A stretch of DNA of 64,000 nucleotides from Candidatus Poriferihabitaceae bacterium (GCA_965237995.1 CBDEGO010000006.1:363208-427207); one strand, 5' to 3'. Counted from the first letter of the stretch, positions 48,246 to 58,095 are shown. Notes: a model not told the origin generated them from the letters alone. Numbers and translations are program-made.

Positions 48246-49973
48246 ATGGCAATTCCAAAGCCCTTATCCGATCTCAATATCGAGATGGAAAATTCCGGAT
48301 TTTATGACGGATTTAATAAAACAGTAGCGATGCTATCTAAAGTGTTGATCGCGTTGGTCGTAATTTGGTGTCTGATTGACCCCAAAGGCGCCGGAGACGC
48401 GTTGAGCGCCGCTAAAAGTTGGTCATTTAATCATCTTAATGCCTACTACATCCTTGCTGTCGCCTTATTTATCGTTACTTGTATCATCATCGCCATCGTG
48501 CCCAGTTTTGGACGAGTTAAATTAGGTACGGGAGATGACAAGCCCGAGTTCTCGACCTTTTCTTGGTTCTCTATGATGTTCGGCGCAGGTATTGGTATCG
48601 GCATGTTGGGCTATGCAGCAGGCGAGCCACTGTATCACTTTGCTAACAACCCTGAGATTATCAAAAGTAAAGAAGCGATTATGGCGGCCTTTGCCGCTAG
48701 CGGATATGCGTTGGCTGAAGGGGCAGACTTATTTGCCAGCTATCACGAACAAGTAGGGGCGGGTTCTATCGCAGCAATAGATGGAATTATTACTCCTAAG
48801 ACACAATCAGCGCTTGAATCAGCCTACCGCTACACATTTCTCCACTGGGGTGTTGGTGCATGGGCAAGTTATGCCTTGATCGGTATCACGATTTCGTTCT
48901 TTGCCTATAATCGCGGATTACCACTTACTGTACGATCTGGCCTAGCGTCTTTGTTTGGTCGTTCATTAGAAGGTAACTTAGGTCACATCATTGATATTTC
49001 AGCCATCATTGCCACTATCTTAGGTATTGCGCAAACTATCGGCTTAGGTCTAAGTGCTTTTGCTTCTGGTCTACATGCAATCACTGGCATGGAATGGTTA
49101 ATGACCGATGGACGCGGCTCTGAACCTACAACAGGCGCATTAATGGTGGCATTGTTTGTCGTTATGCTCGCGTCTACTGCATCTGCATTGTCAGGTGTTG
49201 GTAAAGGCATCAAGTGGCTAAGTAATATCAATATGGTCTTGTCTTATAGCTTGTTAGCGTTCTTCTTAATCTTTGGTGCAACTGGATTAATGTTTGAGCT
49301 ACTAGGTAAAGGTATCATTAGCTACGTGATTCATTTACCTGCTTTGACTTTTACAATTTGGGATCCAAGCACTGAACTAGGTGGGTGGCAAACAGGTTGG
49401 TCGGTGTTCTACTGGGCGTGGTGGATTGCTTTCGCTCCTTTCGTAGGCATCTTCTTGGCACGTATTTCTAAAAATAGAACTATCCGAGAGTTTGTAATAG
49501 GCGCTATCGTACTTCCTTCATTCATGTGCTTTGTATGGTTCACTTTCGTTGGAGGAACCGCGATTGATCTAGAGCTAAATGGCGACGCTAATGGCGCTAT
49601 TATGGGTTCAAACCTTACATACCAAATCTTTGAAATAGTAAATATCATGCTAAGTGGTGGAATAGCTTCATTCATGTCTATCATGGTGGTGGTGCTACTG
49701 CTAACTTACTTGGTCACCTCAGGCGACTCGGCGATTCTCGTTGTTAACACAATCAATGCGGGTGGTAGCCAAGCGGCTACTGGGGCCAAGCATATTATTG
49801 TTTGGGCTCTAGTGCTCACAGCGATAGTCGCCTCGCTCATCGTCGCCGGTGGGTTAGGTGCGATACAGTCTGCTATGATTATCGCTGCGATTCCGTTTAC
49901 TCTTATCATGATATTGATGTGCTTCTCATTGCTAAAAGCTCTTTATCGAGATAGTAAGCGGGCGCAACAATAG
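48246..49973 (+). CDS. BCCT-family (betaine/choline/carnitine/DMSP) transporter
   Basis: PEFSTFSWFSMMFGAGIGIG, FLHWG..AWASY, GVGKGIKWLSNIN, WSVFYWAWWIAFAPFVGIFLARISK.RT.REF. Confidence 0.95.
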   Translation: MAIPKPLSDLNIEMENSGFYDGFNKTVAMLSKVLIALVVIWCLIDPKGAGDALSAAKSWSFNHLNAYYILAVALFIVTCIIIAIVPSFGRVKLGTGDDKPEFSTFSWFSMMFGAGIGIGMLGYAAGEPLYHFANNPEIIKSKEAIMAAFAASGYALAEGADLFASYHEQVGAGSIAAIDGIITPKTQSALESAYRYTFLHWGVGAWASYALIGITISFFAYNRGLPLTVRSGLASLFGRSLEGNLGHIIDISAIIATILGIAQTIGLGLSAFASGLHAITGMEWLMTDGRGSEPTTGALMVALFVVMLASTASALSGVGKGIKWLSNINMVLSYSLLAFFLIFGATGLMFELLGKGIISYVIHLPALTFTIWDPSTELGGWQTGWSVFYWAWWIAFAPFVGIFLARISKNRTIREFVIGAIVLPSFMCFVWFTFVGGTAIDLELNGDANGAIMGSNLTYQIFEIVNIMLSGGIASFMSIMVVVLLLTYLVTSGDSAILVVNTINAGGSQAATGAKHIIVWALVLTAIVASLIVAGGLGAIQSAMIIAAIPFTLIMILMCFSLLKALYRDSKRAQQ

Positions 49974-50066
49974 CCTACATTTGATCAGGTGGGGCTATCC
50001 AATTAATGTTGTAAATAGCTTCACCACATATCAAAAAAGTTACAGCGCCTTGTGCGCTTGATTATC

Positions 50067-50092
50067 AAAGCCCGCTATTAGCGGGCTTTTTT
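50067..50092 (+). terminator. rho-independent terminator
   Basis: AAAGCCCGCT-ATT-AGCGGGCTTTTTT. Confidence 0.8.
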
Positions 50093-50223
50093 ATTGGAAC
50101 ATTGATTCCCCATAGTAAGGCATCAGTACAGTGGTAAGAATATGGCGTCTTGAAGTCGCCCGATTCTTTGTCTTTATTAAGATTGAGGTATAATCGCGCG
50201 CTTCAAAATACTAGGTAGTTACC

Positions 50224-50967
50224 TTGAAAAACTTAACTCCAGTTGTAAAAGTGAGTGCTACGAAACAAATAGCGGAACAAATTCGCCAAGCCATCCTAGA
50301 TGGTACGCTCAAAAAAGACGAACAACTGCCTACAGAGCACGATCTATCTGCCCATTTTGGTGTTTCTCGTCCCACTATCCGAGAAGCGTTAAAACGACTA
50401 GCGGCTCAAAATATGATTCGGTCACGTCGTGGTCCGAGTGGCGGTACTTTTGTCAATAACTATCAAGTTGAGGATGCAGCAGAGGCCATTACCTCATCAA
50501 CCATGCTGATGCTCAGTTTAGGCTCACTGAAAATAAGCGAAGTAATCGACACTCGCCGCTTTATGGAGTTTCATTGCTGTCAAGAAGCCATGAAACATTG
50601 GACTCCTGCAGTCGCTGAGAAAATCGATGCGGCATTCACCGCAATCCAAAGCAAGACGTTAACGGACGAGCAATTCTGTGACGCTGATGTGCATTTTCAC
50701 CGCTCTATTATCGAAGCAGCAGAAAACCCCATGCTTAAGTTTTTAATGTATGGCGTTATAGAAGCACTGGTTCCAGTGATGAATATGATGATTGTATATG
50801 TACGAGACCGCAGCGTGATATTGGGTTACTACCAAGAACTTCGAGATGGCTTATTTAACCAGTCACAAGATGAAGTTCGCTCGGCGCTTGATAAGTTAAT
50901 GGCTTACCTAGCAGAAAAATCTCGTGAAGCACGACAAATACACGAAGCCAAGCAAGCAAGTGCTTAA
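50224..50967 (+). CDS. GntR/FadR-family regulator (DmdR-like)
   Basis: LPTE..LS..FGVSRPTIREALKRLAAQNMIRSRRGPSGG.FV and FCD domain LTDEQFC..DV.FHR.I...A.NP.L; TTG start. The DmdR resemblance is from memory. Confidence 0.88.
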   Translation: MKNLTPVVKVSATKQIAEQIRQAILDGTLKKDEQLPTEHDLSAHFGVSRPTIREALKRLAAQNMIRSRRGPSGGTFVNNYQVEDAAEAITSSTMLMLSLGSLKISEVIDTRRFMEFHCCQEAMKHWTPAVAEKIDAAFTAIQSKTLTDEQFCDADVHFHRSIIEAAENPMLKFLMYGVIEALVPVMNMMIVYVRDRSVILGYYQELRDGLFNQSQDEVRSALDKLMAYLAEKSREARQIHEAKQASA

Positions 50968-51021
50968 ATAACTCTTCGCAAATACACTGTATTTTCAGTC
51001 TTATTCTCGTTAATACTAATA

Positions 51022-52038
51022 CTAATAGCCTAAAGACGGGCGAATCGGGTTAAGCAGCGGCTTATTCTGCATAAACAACTCCATGTTTTGAAAGAATAGA
51101 TTCAAAGTCATGGGTACATAGGCATCGCCATCGTCCGCGGAAATATGCGGCGTGACTATTAAGTTTTTGGTATGCCATAAGCGCGAATCGGCTTCGATAG
51201 GTTCTGGGTCAAATACGTCGAGGATGGCTCCAGCTAAACTGCCTTCGTCTAATTTGTCACACAACGCTTCGTAGTCCATGACGGCTTCACGGCCAATATT
51301 GATAATGCCTGCGCTGGGTTTAAGCAAATCTAAACGGCGTTTATCTAACAAGCCGCGTGTTTCGGGCGTATCCGGTGTTGCCACAAAAACATAGTCGGCT
51401 TTTGGTAGCACAGTGTCTAACTGTTCAGTCGTAACCACCTCATTGCAGCCATCTACTGCTTGCCCGCTGCGATTGACCCCAATGACGTGTACGCCTAATG
51501 CTTGCACTTGTTTCGCTGCGGACCCACCTAAACTACCTGTTCCCAAAACGACCAAAGTTTTGCCGGCGATCGGTGAGGCGTAGAGAGAATCGTAAACCCT
51601 GTTTTTTTGGTTTGTTACCACGGCGGGTATATGAGAGTGCAACATCAATACACTCATTAAACCAAACTCCCCCGCTTTGGCGGCGTGTACGCCTTTGTTG
51701 TTGGTGAGCACCACTCCTTCAGGAATCCAATCCATCGGTAGCATGTGTTCGACACCCGCGCCTATGCAATGAATCCACTTTAGGTTTGGTGCAATCTTAG
51801 CCAAGTTTTGCATCGGGAGATTCCACGTTAGTAGCACCTCGGCATTGGCCATTGATTGCTCCCAATGATCGGTATCCCAATCTACGAAGGTATTTAGGTT
51901 GCCTTGTACCGATGGAAAATTGGCTAATTCATCATCAAAACGCTGTTGCGTAATGGTGAACACTTCTTCGCCTTCGGGTGTATTAGGGAAAGAACCTTCC
52001 GCCCAACGGTTATTCTTTATATGTACGTTGATTGTCAT
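51022..52038 (-). CDS. D-2-hydroxyacid dehydrogenase family protein
   Basis: WIHCIGAGVE, LTNNKGVH, Rossmann VLGTGSLG, P.TPETRGLL, INIGR, LDVFDPEP, VTPHIS. Confidence 0.92.
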   Translation of the reverse strand: MTINVHIKNNRWAEGSFPNTPEGEEVFTITQQRFDDELANFPSVQGNLNTFVDWDTDHWEQSMANAEVLLTWNLPMQNLAKIAPNLKWIHCIGAGVEHMLPMDWIPEGVVLTNNKGVHAAKAGEFGLMSVLMLHSHIPAVVTNQKNRVYDSLYASPIAGKTLVVLGTGSLGGSAAKQVQALGVHVIGVNRSGQAVDGCNEVVTTEQLDTVLPKADYVFVATPDTPETRGLLDKRRLDLLKPSAGIINIGREAVMDYEALCDKLDEGSLAGAILDVFDPEPIEADSRLWHTKNLIVTPHISADDGDAYVPMTLNLFFQNMELFMQNKPLLNPIRPSLGY

Positions 52039-52061
52039 TACTTTTTCAATATTTGAATCGA

Positions 52062-53408
52062 CTATTTAGCTTGAGATAACGCGGACATTTGCGCAATGAT
52101 AGCCTTATCTCGCTCTTCACCTTTCAGTGCATCACCAGCAAATATTACCTCCATAACAGCGTCATTGGTTTGTTTTAAAGTGGCACTTTCATTGCCAGTG
52201 TTGGGGATAGCTAACACGGTATCGCTGCCGTGGGTTGGAATGACGCCTTCTGATAACTCAGTGGGTTGAGGTGGGCGCTTACCTTTTTGTAATTTACGGA
52301 TGAATTTACGCATTTGGTTACGGTAAATAGCCACACCCTGATCGCCCGCTACCAAATATTCTTTATCATGATCAGAAATTGTGCCCATACCTTCAACTGC
52401 TTCTACATCACCCGGACTGGCTTGTTTTTGCTCGTAGGTTCGATCGATTAATTCGCCTTGCTCAATTAATTGCATTCCCTCGTCAGTATTGTATTCGTGC
52501 GGATCACCTCGTTCGCCGAAGTTACCCCAAGCAAACGCGATACAATTTTCGTCGTCAACAGGCACGACCCAACGAGTGAAGGCACTGCGCCCGAAAAAAC
52601 ACTGTTTGGTGCCGTCAGTGGCAAAAGCCGCGCCGGACTGAGTAAAGTTTGGCAATATCAATTCGTTCACACGTACCCAAATATTTTCGCCCACTCGTCT
52701 TGATGCAGTACCCAATATGCGTTGAGTTTGCCGTTGGTAAAACTTAATTTCACCCATCATCCCAAAACCATCCGAGAACTGAGATTGATGCAAAAACGCG
52801 GTGTGGACCGGGTCTACAATCGCGTCTAATACTTGAATCCAATTGCAAGCAAACGGTGCAGCATAGGGTGTCATGGTTATCCCTGGTGTATCAAATGCGT
52901 CGTATAGCGGGAATGTTGGCAATTCCTCCTGAGGGCCTAAATACGCGAACAATAAGCCCTTAAATTCTTTAACTGGGTAGGCGCCTAGACGCACTTCATT
53001 TTTTACGTTGATGGCGGAGATTGAGTCTTCAGGTTCTCCGGGGATTTCAAGCACGGTGCCATCTACATCAAATAACCAACCGTGATAGCAACAACGAATA
53101 CCCCTATCTTCACAGCGGCCATATTCTAATGAAGCGCGGCGATGTGGGCAGCGCTTATGCACCAGGCCATATTGCCCCATCTTATCTCGAAACAGCACCA
53201 ATTCCTCACCCAATATTTTGATGAGTTTCGGGCGCTGCTCAAGGTCTTTTGTCATGCCTACCGGATGCCAATAACGTCGAAGGTAATCACCACAGGGCGT
53301 TCCGGGGCCAGTTTGTGTTAGCTCATCAATTGAGCCACCTTGCCAGTTCTGATGGTAGCCACAGAATGCGTCGAAATTATTTTTATCAGGAGTTTGTACT
53401 TCGCTCAT
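52062..53408 (-). CDS. Rieske non-heme iron oxygenase, alpha subunit (phthalate 4,5-dioxygenase/PobA-like)
   Basis: GPGTP.G.YLRRYWHPV, Rieske CPH...CCYH, mononuclear iron NW.Q......DPVHTAFLH, later D (PGDVEA). Confidence 0.92.
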   Translation of the reverse strand: MSEVQTPDKNNFDAFCGYHQNWQGGSIDELTQTGPGTPCGDYLRRYWHPVGMTKDLEQRPKLIKILGEELVLFRDKMGQYGLVHKRCPHRRASLEYGRCEDRGIRCCYHGWLFDVDGTVLEIPGEPEDSISAINVKNEVRLGAYPVKEFKGLLFAYLGPQEELPTFPLYDAFDTPGITMTPYAAPFACNWIQVLDAIVDPVHTAFLHQSQFSDGFGMMGEIKFYQRQTQRILGTASRRVGENIWVRVNELILPNFTQSGAAFATDGTKQCFFGRSAFTRWVVPVDDENCIAFAWGNFGERGDPHEYNTDEGMQLIEQGELIDRTYEQKQASPGDVEAVEGMGTISDHDKEYLVAGDQGVAIYRNQMRKFIRKLQKGKRPPQPTELSEGVIPTHGSDTVLAIPNTGNESATLKQTNDAVMEVIFAGDALKGEERDKAIIAQMSALSQAK

Positions 53409-53431
53409 CTTCTATTTTCAAATTTAAAGGT

Positions 53432-54439
53432 TTAAGCAATTAATTCATTAATCGTATTGTCTAGGTAATCGGCAAACGCAGTGCCATTCCTCGGAGAGGC
53501 CACACAATGCCCCCAAGGTGATTCAAACACGCGTAGTTCTCCATGTGTTAACCACTGTGCTTCCAGTTCGTTGTCAGCAGGCTGAAAATACAAATCATTA
53601 TCACAGGCAATCACGATGGTATTAGCGCTAATCGCTTGCAACGCTTGCTCAAAGTTGCCGTTATAGAGCGCGTTATCACTAATGTCTCCCGCTTGCCAAG
53701 TGGCAAGTTTGGCTAACAAATTATTGGCGTCCCACTCTAAATGCCCTTGTTCCCAATCGGCTAACAGGTCTTCTGCGGCTTCAAAACCAAGGTCTCGATG
53801 GTGCTTTTCTCGATAAAAAGTTTGCGAAAACGCCCAGCCCGCATACACTCGTCCAAATGCCATCAAGCCTTTACGAGGTGGTTGGGTGTAGCATCCATCT
53901 TTAAAGTCGCCGTCTGCTAACAGCGCTGCTTTAACTCCTTCCAGAAACACAATATTGTGTGGCGAGGTTTTGGCTGAAGCGCAAAATGGGATACAGTTTT
54001 TAACTCGGTCAGGAAACTGCGCCGCCCATTGGTAAGCTTGACAGCCTGCCATAGACCAACCGGCAACCAACAGTAGTTGTTCTATGCCCAAGGCTTCGCT
54101 CAATAAACGTTGTTGGCAGGCGACGTTATCCCATAAAGTCACCAAGGGGAATTTGCTTCTGTCAGCGGGGGCCACTGTATTACTCGGTGAAGAAGAATAG
54201 CCATTTCCAAACAAGTTGACCGACACAATAAAGTGTTTGTTAGGGTCTATCGCTCGGTCTTTTCCAAAAAAACCTTCGTTGCGGTCATGCCAACCCGTGT
54301 AGAACGTCGGCAACAACACCGCATTGTCACGCGCGGCGTTAAGCGTGCCATAAGTTTTATAGGCTAACTGCGCATCGGGCAGTACGTTGCCCGATTGCAA
54401 TTCAACATCGCCTAAGCGAAAGGTTAGATAGTCCGCCAT
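53432..54439 (-). CDS. alpha/beta hydrolase of the homoserine-acetyltransferase-like fold
   Basis: LAYKTYGTLN..RDNA, GNGYSSSPSN, GWSMAG nucleophile, DLYF, SPWGH. Confidence 0.85.
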   Translation of the reverse strand: MADYLTFRLGDVELQSGNVLPDAQLAYKTYGTLNAARDNAVLLPTFYTGWHDRNEGFFGKDRAIDPNKHFIVSVNLFGNGYSSSPSNTVAPADRSKFPLVTLWDNVACQQRLLSEALGIEQLLLVAGWSMAGCQAYQWAAQFPDRVKNCIPFCASAKTSPHNIVFLEGVKAALLADGDFKDGCYTQPPRKGLMAFGRVYAGWAFSQTFYREKHHRDLGFEAAEDLLADWEQGHLEWDANNLLAKLATWQAGDISDNALYNGNFEQALQAISANTIVIACDNDLYFQPADNELEAQWLTHGELRVFESPWGHCVASPRNGTAFADYLDNTINELIA

Positions 54440-54454
54440 TGCTATTGAGAAATT

Positions 54455-55879
54455 CTAGTAAAGGCGCAGGTATTCTTGCACTTCCCAATCGGTGACCGTT
54501 TGATGATAGCGCTCCCACTCATCAACTTTATATTGTAAGAACGAGTTAAGTAAAACGGGCCCTAACACGCTTTTAGCTAACTCACTTTGCGACAAATATT
54601 CAGTTGCCTCTAACAAATTGCGAGGTAAGGGGGTTAGTTCGCGCTGTTGTTTCTCTTCATCGTCCATTACGTATAAGTCTTCGTCTAACGACTTACCGGG
54701 GTCGACTTGGTTGACAATGCCATCTACCGACGCAGCCAACATCATGCCCAAGCCTAAATAAAAGTTCATGCACATATCCGCGGCGCGGTTTTCAATCGCA
54801 AACCGACTTTGTGGTAAGCGTAACATGGCGCTTCGGTTGTTACGTCCATAAGCCATATGTGTCGGCGCCCAAGTATAGGTGCCACCTTCAAAGCCGCCTA
54901 CTTTCGGCACCAAGCCGTTGTATGAATTTACGGTACAACAGGCTACAGCAGTGATTGCGCCGCCGTGTTTTAGTATGCCGCCAACCGCGTTGAGTGCCTG
55001 TTTAGTCCAGTCACCTTCTCCATTGTCATAAATATTTTCGCCCGGCTTATCGATTAACTGCATCGATGTATTCATGTGCGCGCCAGAACGCCAATCACCT
55101 GTTGTTGGCTTGGGCATATAAGTGACAAAAATACCGTGCTTTTTTGCGACTTCTTTGAGCAACACCCGCAAGAAAGTCATGCGATCAGCCATAGTCAGTA
55201 GGTCAGCGTAATGAAAATCTAATTCAAACTGAGAATAGGCGCCTTCGGCCACTACATCATGCACGTTCCAACCTAAGTCTTCCAGAATATCAATCAACTC
55301 ACCCAAAAACGCCATTGAATCAAGTGAGTACTCAACATCGTAACCAAAAGCTTGGCGACGCGGGCGCAGCCCTTCGCCTGGCATTGGGTCATCATCAAAC
55401 GCTTTTACTGGTTGGTTGTTTTCATCCCAGCGCATGGTAATAAACTCAGGCTCTACTCCTGCGTACATGGCATAACCTTGTTTAGCCGCTTCATGAATCT
55501 GGCGCTTCATTGCCTGTCGCGGACATAGGTTATAAGGCTTATCTTCCCACCATAAATCAGAAAACACCCAAGCGATGGTTTTGTCCCAAGGGCAAATAAC
55601 AATGGTGTCGATGTCAGGCAGTGGCACTTGGTCAGAATCAGCGGGGCCAAGTTCAGGCACAAATGAAATGGAGTGCACTGCAAACTGCGGGCCTTTACCC
55701 ATGCACAGCAATTCAAAGTCACTGATCGGTACGGGCTTGGTTTTCGGCACACCAAACATATCTATCCAGCAAGATAGAATATATTTCACACCAGCGTCTT
55801 GCAGCTTTTTCTTTTCTTCTTTTAGGCGTTTTGGGTTTGGCAGGGCATCTTTAAAATGTTCGTAATAAGTATTGCTCAT
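54455..55879 (-). CDS. glutamine synthetase-like gamma-glutamyl-amide ligase (GlnT/GmaS/PuuA-type)
   Basis: VEPEF, E....QFE, SGAH, NNRSAMLR, IENR; the flap motif reads TWAP rather than YEAP; start ATG 55879 with an AGGAG SD. Confidence 0.88.
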   Translation of the reverse strand: MSNTYYEHFKDALPNPKRLKEEKKKLQDAGVKYILSCWIDMFGVPKTKPVPISDFELLCMGKGPQFAVHSISFVPELGPADSDQVPLPDIDTIVICPWDKTIAWVFSDLWWEDKPYNLCPRQAMKRQIHEAAKQGYAMYAGVEPEFITMRWDENNQPVKAFDDDPMPGEGLRPRRQAFGYDVEYSLDSMAFLGELIDILEDLGWNVHDVVAEGAYSQFELDFHYADLLTMADRMTFLRVLLKEVAKKHGIFVTYMPKPTTGDWRSGAHMNTSMQLIDKPGENIYDNGEGDWTKQALNAVGGILKHGGAITAVACCTVNSYNGLVPKVGGFEGGTYTWAPTHMAYGRNNRSAMLRLPQSRFAIENRAADMCMNFYLGLGMMLAASVDGIVNQVDPGKSLDEDLYVMDDEEKQQRELTPLPRNLLEATEYLSQSELAKSVLGPVLLNSFLQYKVDEWERYHQTVTDWEVQEYLRLY

Positions 55880-55955
55880 TATTCTCTCCTCTAGTTTTTC
55901 TAAATGGGTTTCTTGAAGCCTCAACGTAAGGTTGCGTAGGGCCTACTATGCGGTT

Positions 55956-56480
55956 TCATACCGATTGACGTTTAAGCAAAAATTGGTTTTTAAACATCTC
56001 AATCGCTGTCATTATTTCAAATTGATCAATATCTTCTTGGTTAAAGCAGTGGTGTTCTAAAAAAGTTTGAAAGGCTTCACCAGACTCACAAACGACTTCA
56101 ATCATTAAGTCAAAGCGGCCTGACACCCACACTACATAAACCACTTCACTAAATTGCGACAGGCGCTCGGCCACCATTTTTGGGCTGGCTACATTGGATA
56201 TTTTAATGCCGATCATGGCGTCAGCTTGGTAGCGAATCGCCATTGGGTCAGCTAGTGCAACAATTTTTAGCACGCCGGCTTCCTTCATCCATTGCACGCG
56301 ATTGCGAATAGTGCCTTCTGATACGTCTAGCGCCTTAGCAATATCCTTAAATGGCATGCGGCCATCATCTTGCAAGAAGCCAATGATTTGCTTGTTTAGG
56401 CCATCATAGGCAGATGACTTGCCAATGGGTTTCTCGGCTACGGATTGCGTGCTAGTAGGCACAGGTTTTAATTCGGCCAA
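55956..56480 (-). CDS. Lrp/AsnC-family regulator
   Basis: LQDDGRMPF..IA..L.VSEGTIRNRV..M...G, V.YV..VSGRFDL; TTG start. Confidence 0.9.
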   Translation of the reverse strand: MAELKPVPTSTQSVAEKPIGKSSAYDGLNKQIIGFLQDDGRMPFKDIAKALDVSEGTIRNRVQWMKEAGVLKIVALADPMAIRYQADAMIGIKISNVASPKMVAERLSQFSEVVYVVWVSGRFDLMIEVVCESGEAFQTFLEHHCFNQEDIDQFEIMTAIEMFKNQFLLKRQSV

Positions 56481-56507
56481 CGGGTTTCTCTATTTATGCA
56501 TATCGCA

Positions 56508-56547
56508 AATTATTTTGACAGTAGTTGCCTTTATTGTCAAAATAATT
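56508..56547. promoter_or_regulatory. inverted repeat with TTGACA on both strands (symmetric divergent promoter/operator)
   Basis: AATTATTTTGACA-N14-TGTCAAAATAATT between the Lrp gene and the desaturase. Confidence 0.6.
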
Positions 56548-56802
56548 ATAAAAAAATACGTATTATGTAATTATTATATGATTTGGTGCGAATTAAGTAT
56601 ATTTTCGACTCTTAATATTAGATTCGCTGCCGCTTCAACTAATGTATAGCTACTGGCCCGCTCAAGTAGGCTTAGCACAAAGGTAGCTTTAGATTAAAGC
56701 CAGCAGATGGCAACGTCACCTAAGTAACTGAAATTAGCTCCTGTCAAATACTAGCTTGTAATGATAAATTGCGCTCATCAACGAATTGGATGAATTTTAA
56801 AC

Positions 56803-57858
56803 ATGCCAACCGAACCCAGTCATACCGCATCGTCAGATGCCCCTACCAATGCCGCGTCTTCCGGCGTAACGATAGATCGCAAACTTTATAAGTCACTGGC
56901 CAAGCGTTCCGATAAACCTGGGCTAATCTGGTTGGCGCAATGGGCGGTGTTGCTGCTAATAACCGGTAGTTTGCTGTCTTGGTCTTTAGGCGCTTGGTGG
57001 GTAGTGCCTGCCATGCTAGCCTATTCCATTGCCTTAATCGTACCCACCTATTCGATTAGTCATGAAACCGCGCACGGCACGGCTTTTCGCACTCGTAAGT
57101 TGAATGAAGTCGTGTTGTTTATCAGCTCAATAATCTATTTCGAAGAAGGCTTGCATCGTCGTTACGCGCACACCTCGCATCACACCCATACTTACCATAT
57201 TGGTAAAGATGCCCAAATTCCCTATGCCTTGCCGATGACCTTTAAAGAATGGCTGTTGGAATTCACCAACGTGGGGTATTACGGTTATTATTTTAAGTTG
57301 TTAATCAATAATGCCTTGGGCCGATTCTCGCCTAAAGTGCTTGAATACACCCCCGAAAGCCAATTAGGCCAGCTGAAGTGGAGGGCACGCGCTTATCTGG
57401 CTATTTATGCATTTTTAATTAGCTTGGTGGTATTCGGCACACTTTGGCCGCTTATCTTTTTGTTTATCCCAAGGTTAATCGGCGGCCCTGCCATGGTGTA
57501 CTTCACTATTTTGCAACACGCAGAGCTGCAAGAGAACTCGCCTTCGATACTGCAATCTACCCGCTCATTTGCCACCACCAACAGATTGGCACAGTTTTTG
57601 TATATGAACATGAATAACCACGTAGAGCATCACCTGTACCCACAGATTCCGTTCTATTCATTGCCCAAACTGAGGGAAGCAATAAAAGACCAGTTGCCGC
57701 AACCCGACCCAGGGCTATGGCGAACTAACCGAGAATTGCTATCAGTTGTAATTCGACGTTCGTTAGGGCGAAATACTCAAGCAACAAGCATTCGCCAAGC
57801 ACCGCATATGATCACAGAGGGTAAATTTACCCCCATCGCTCAAGCGAATATGCGTTAG
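56803..57858 (+). CDS. fatty-acid-desaturase-superfamily di-iron membrane enzyme (MocD-like)
   Basis: RSD.PG, His boxes HETAH, HTSHH and NNHVEHH, QHA.L, P.IPFY.LP.L. Confidence 0.88.
   Translation: MPTEPSHTASSDAPTNAASSGVTIDRKLYKSLAKRSDKPGLIWLAQWAVLLLITGSLLSWSLGAWWVVPAMLAYSIALIVPTYSISHETAHGTAFRTRKLNEVVLFISSIIYFEEGLHRRYAHTSHHTHTYHIGKDAQIPYALPMTFKEWLLEFTNVGYYGYYFKLLINNALGRFSPKVLEYTPESQLGQLKWRARAYLAIYAFLISLVVFGTLWPLIFLFIPRLIGGPAMVYFTILQHAELQENSPSILQSTRSFATTNRLAQFLYMNMNNHVEHHLYPQIPFYSLPKLREAIKDQLPQPDPGLWRTNRELLSVVIRRSLGRNTQATSIRQAPHMITEGKFTPIAQANMR
56919..56997 (+). repeat. 79-bp direct repeat, copy 1 (inside the desaturase CDS)
   Basis: 77/79 identical to 60761-60839. Confidence 0.95.
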
Positions 57859-58095
57859 GGGGAATACAAATATTGGAGCGTATGCCTACCCCCTGAAGCT
57901 GCTGTGTTGCTCGAAATGAGTAGAAGCGATTTGGTTAATTGTGACTACTAATCACGCTTCGATTCAATCGTAAAAAGCTGAAATATCGAAGATAAGCCCT
58001 CATAAACCGCTATTTAGTGGGGCAGAATAGTTTTTATGTAAAGTAAATGAGCGCGAATTCATAGGGAGCTATATTTTTCTAGATTAGAATTCAAT

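Noticed and set aside
53432-54439. Calling this metX
   Set aside because: It lacks the HALTG/HALSG and GGSMGG motifs of true homoserine acetyltransferases, and the context is not methionine synthesis.
54455-55879. Calling this glnA
   Set aside because: The flap motif is TWAP rather than YEAP, and the context is catabolic with no ntrBC.
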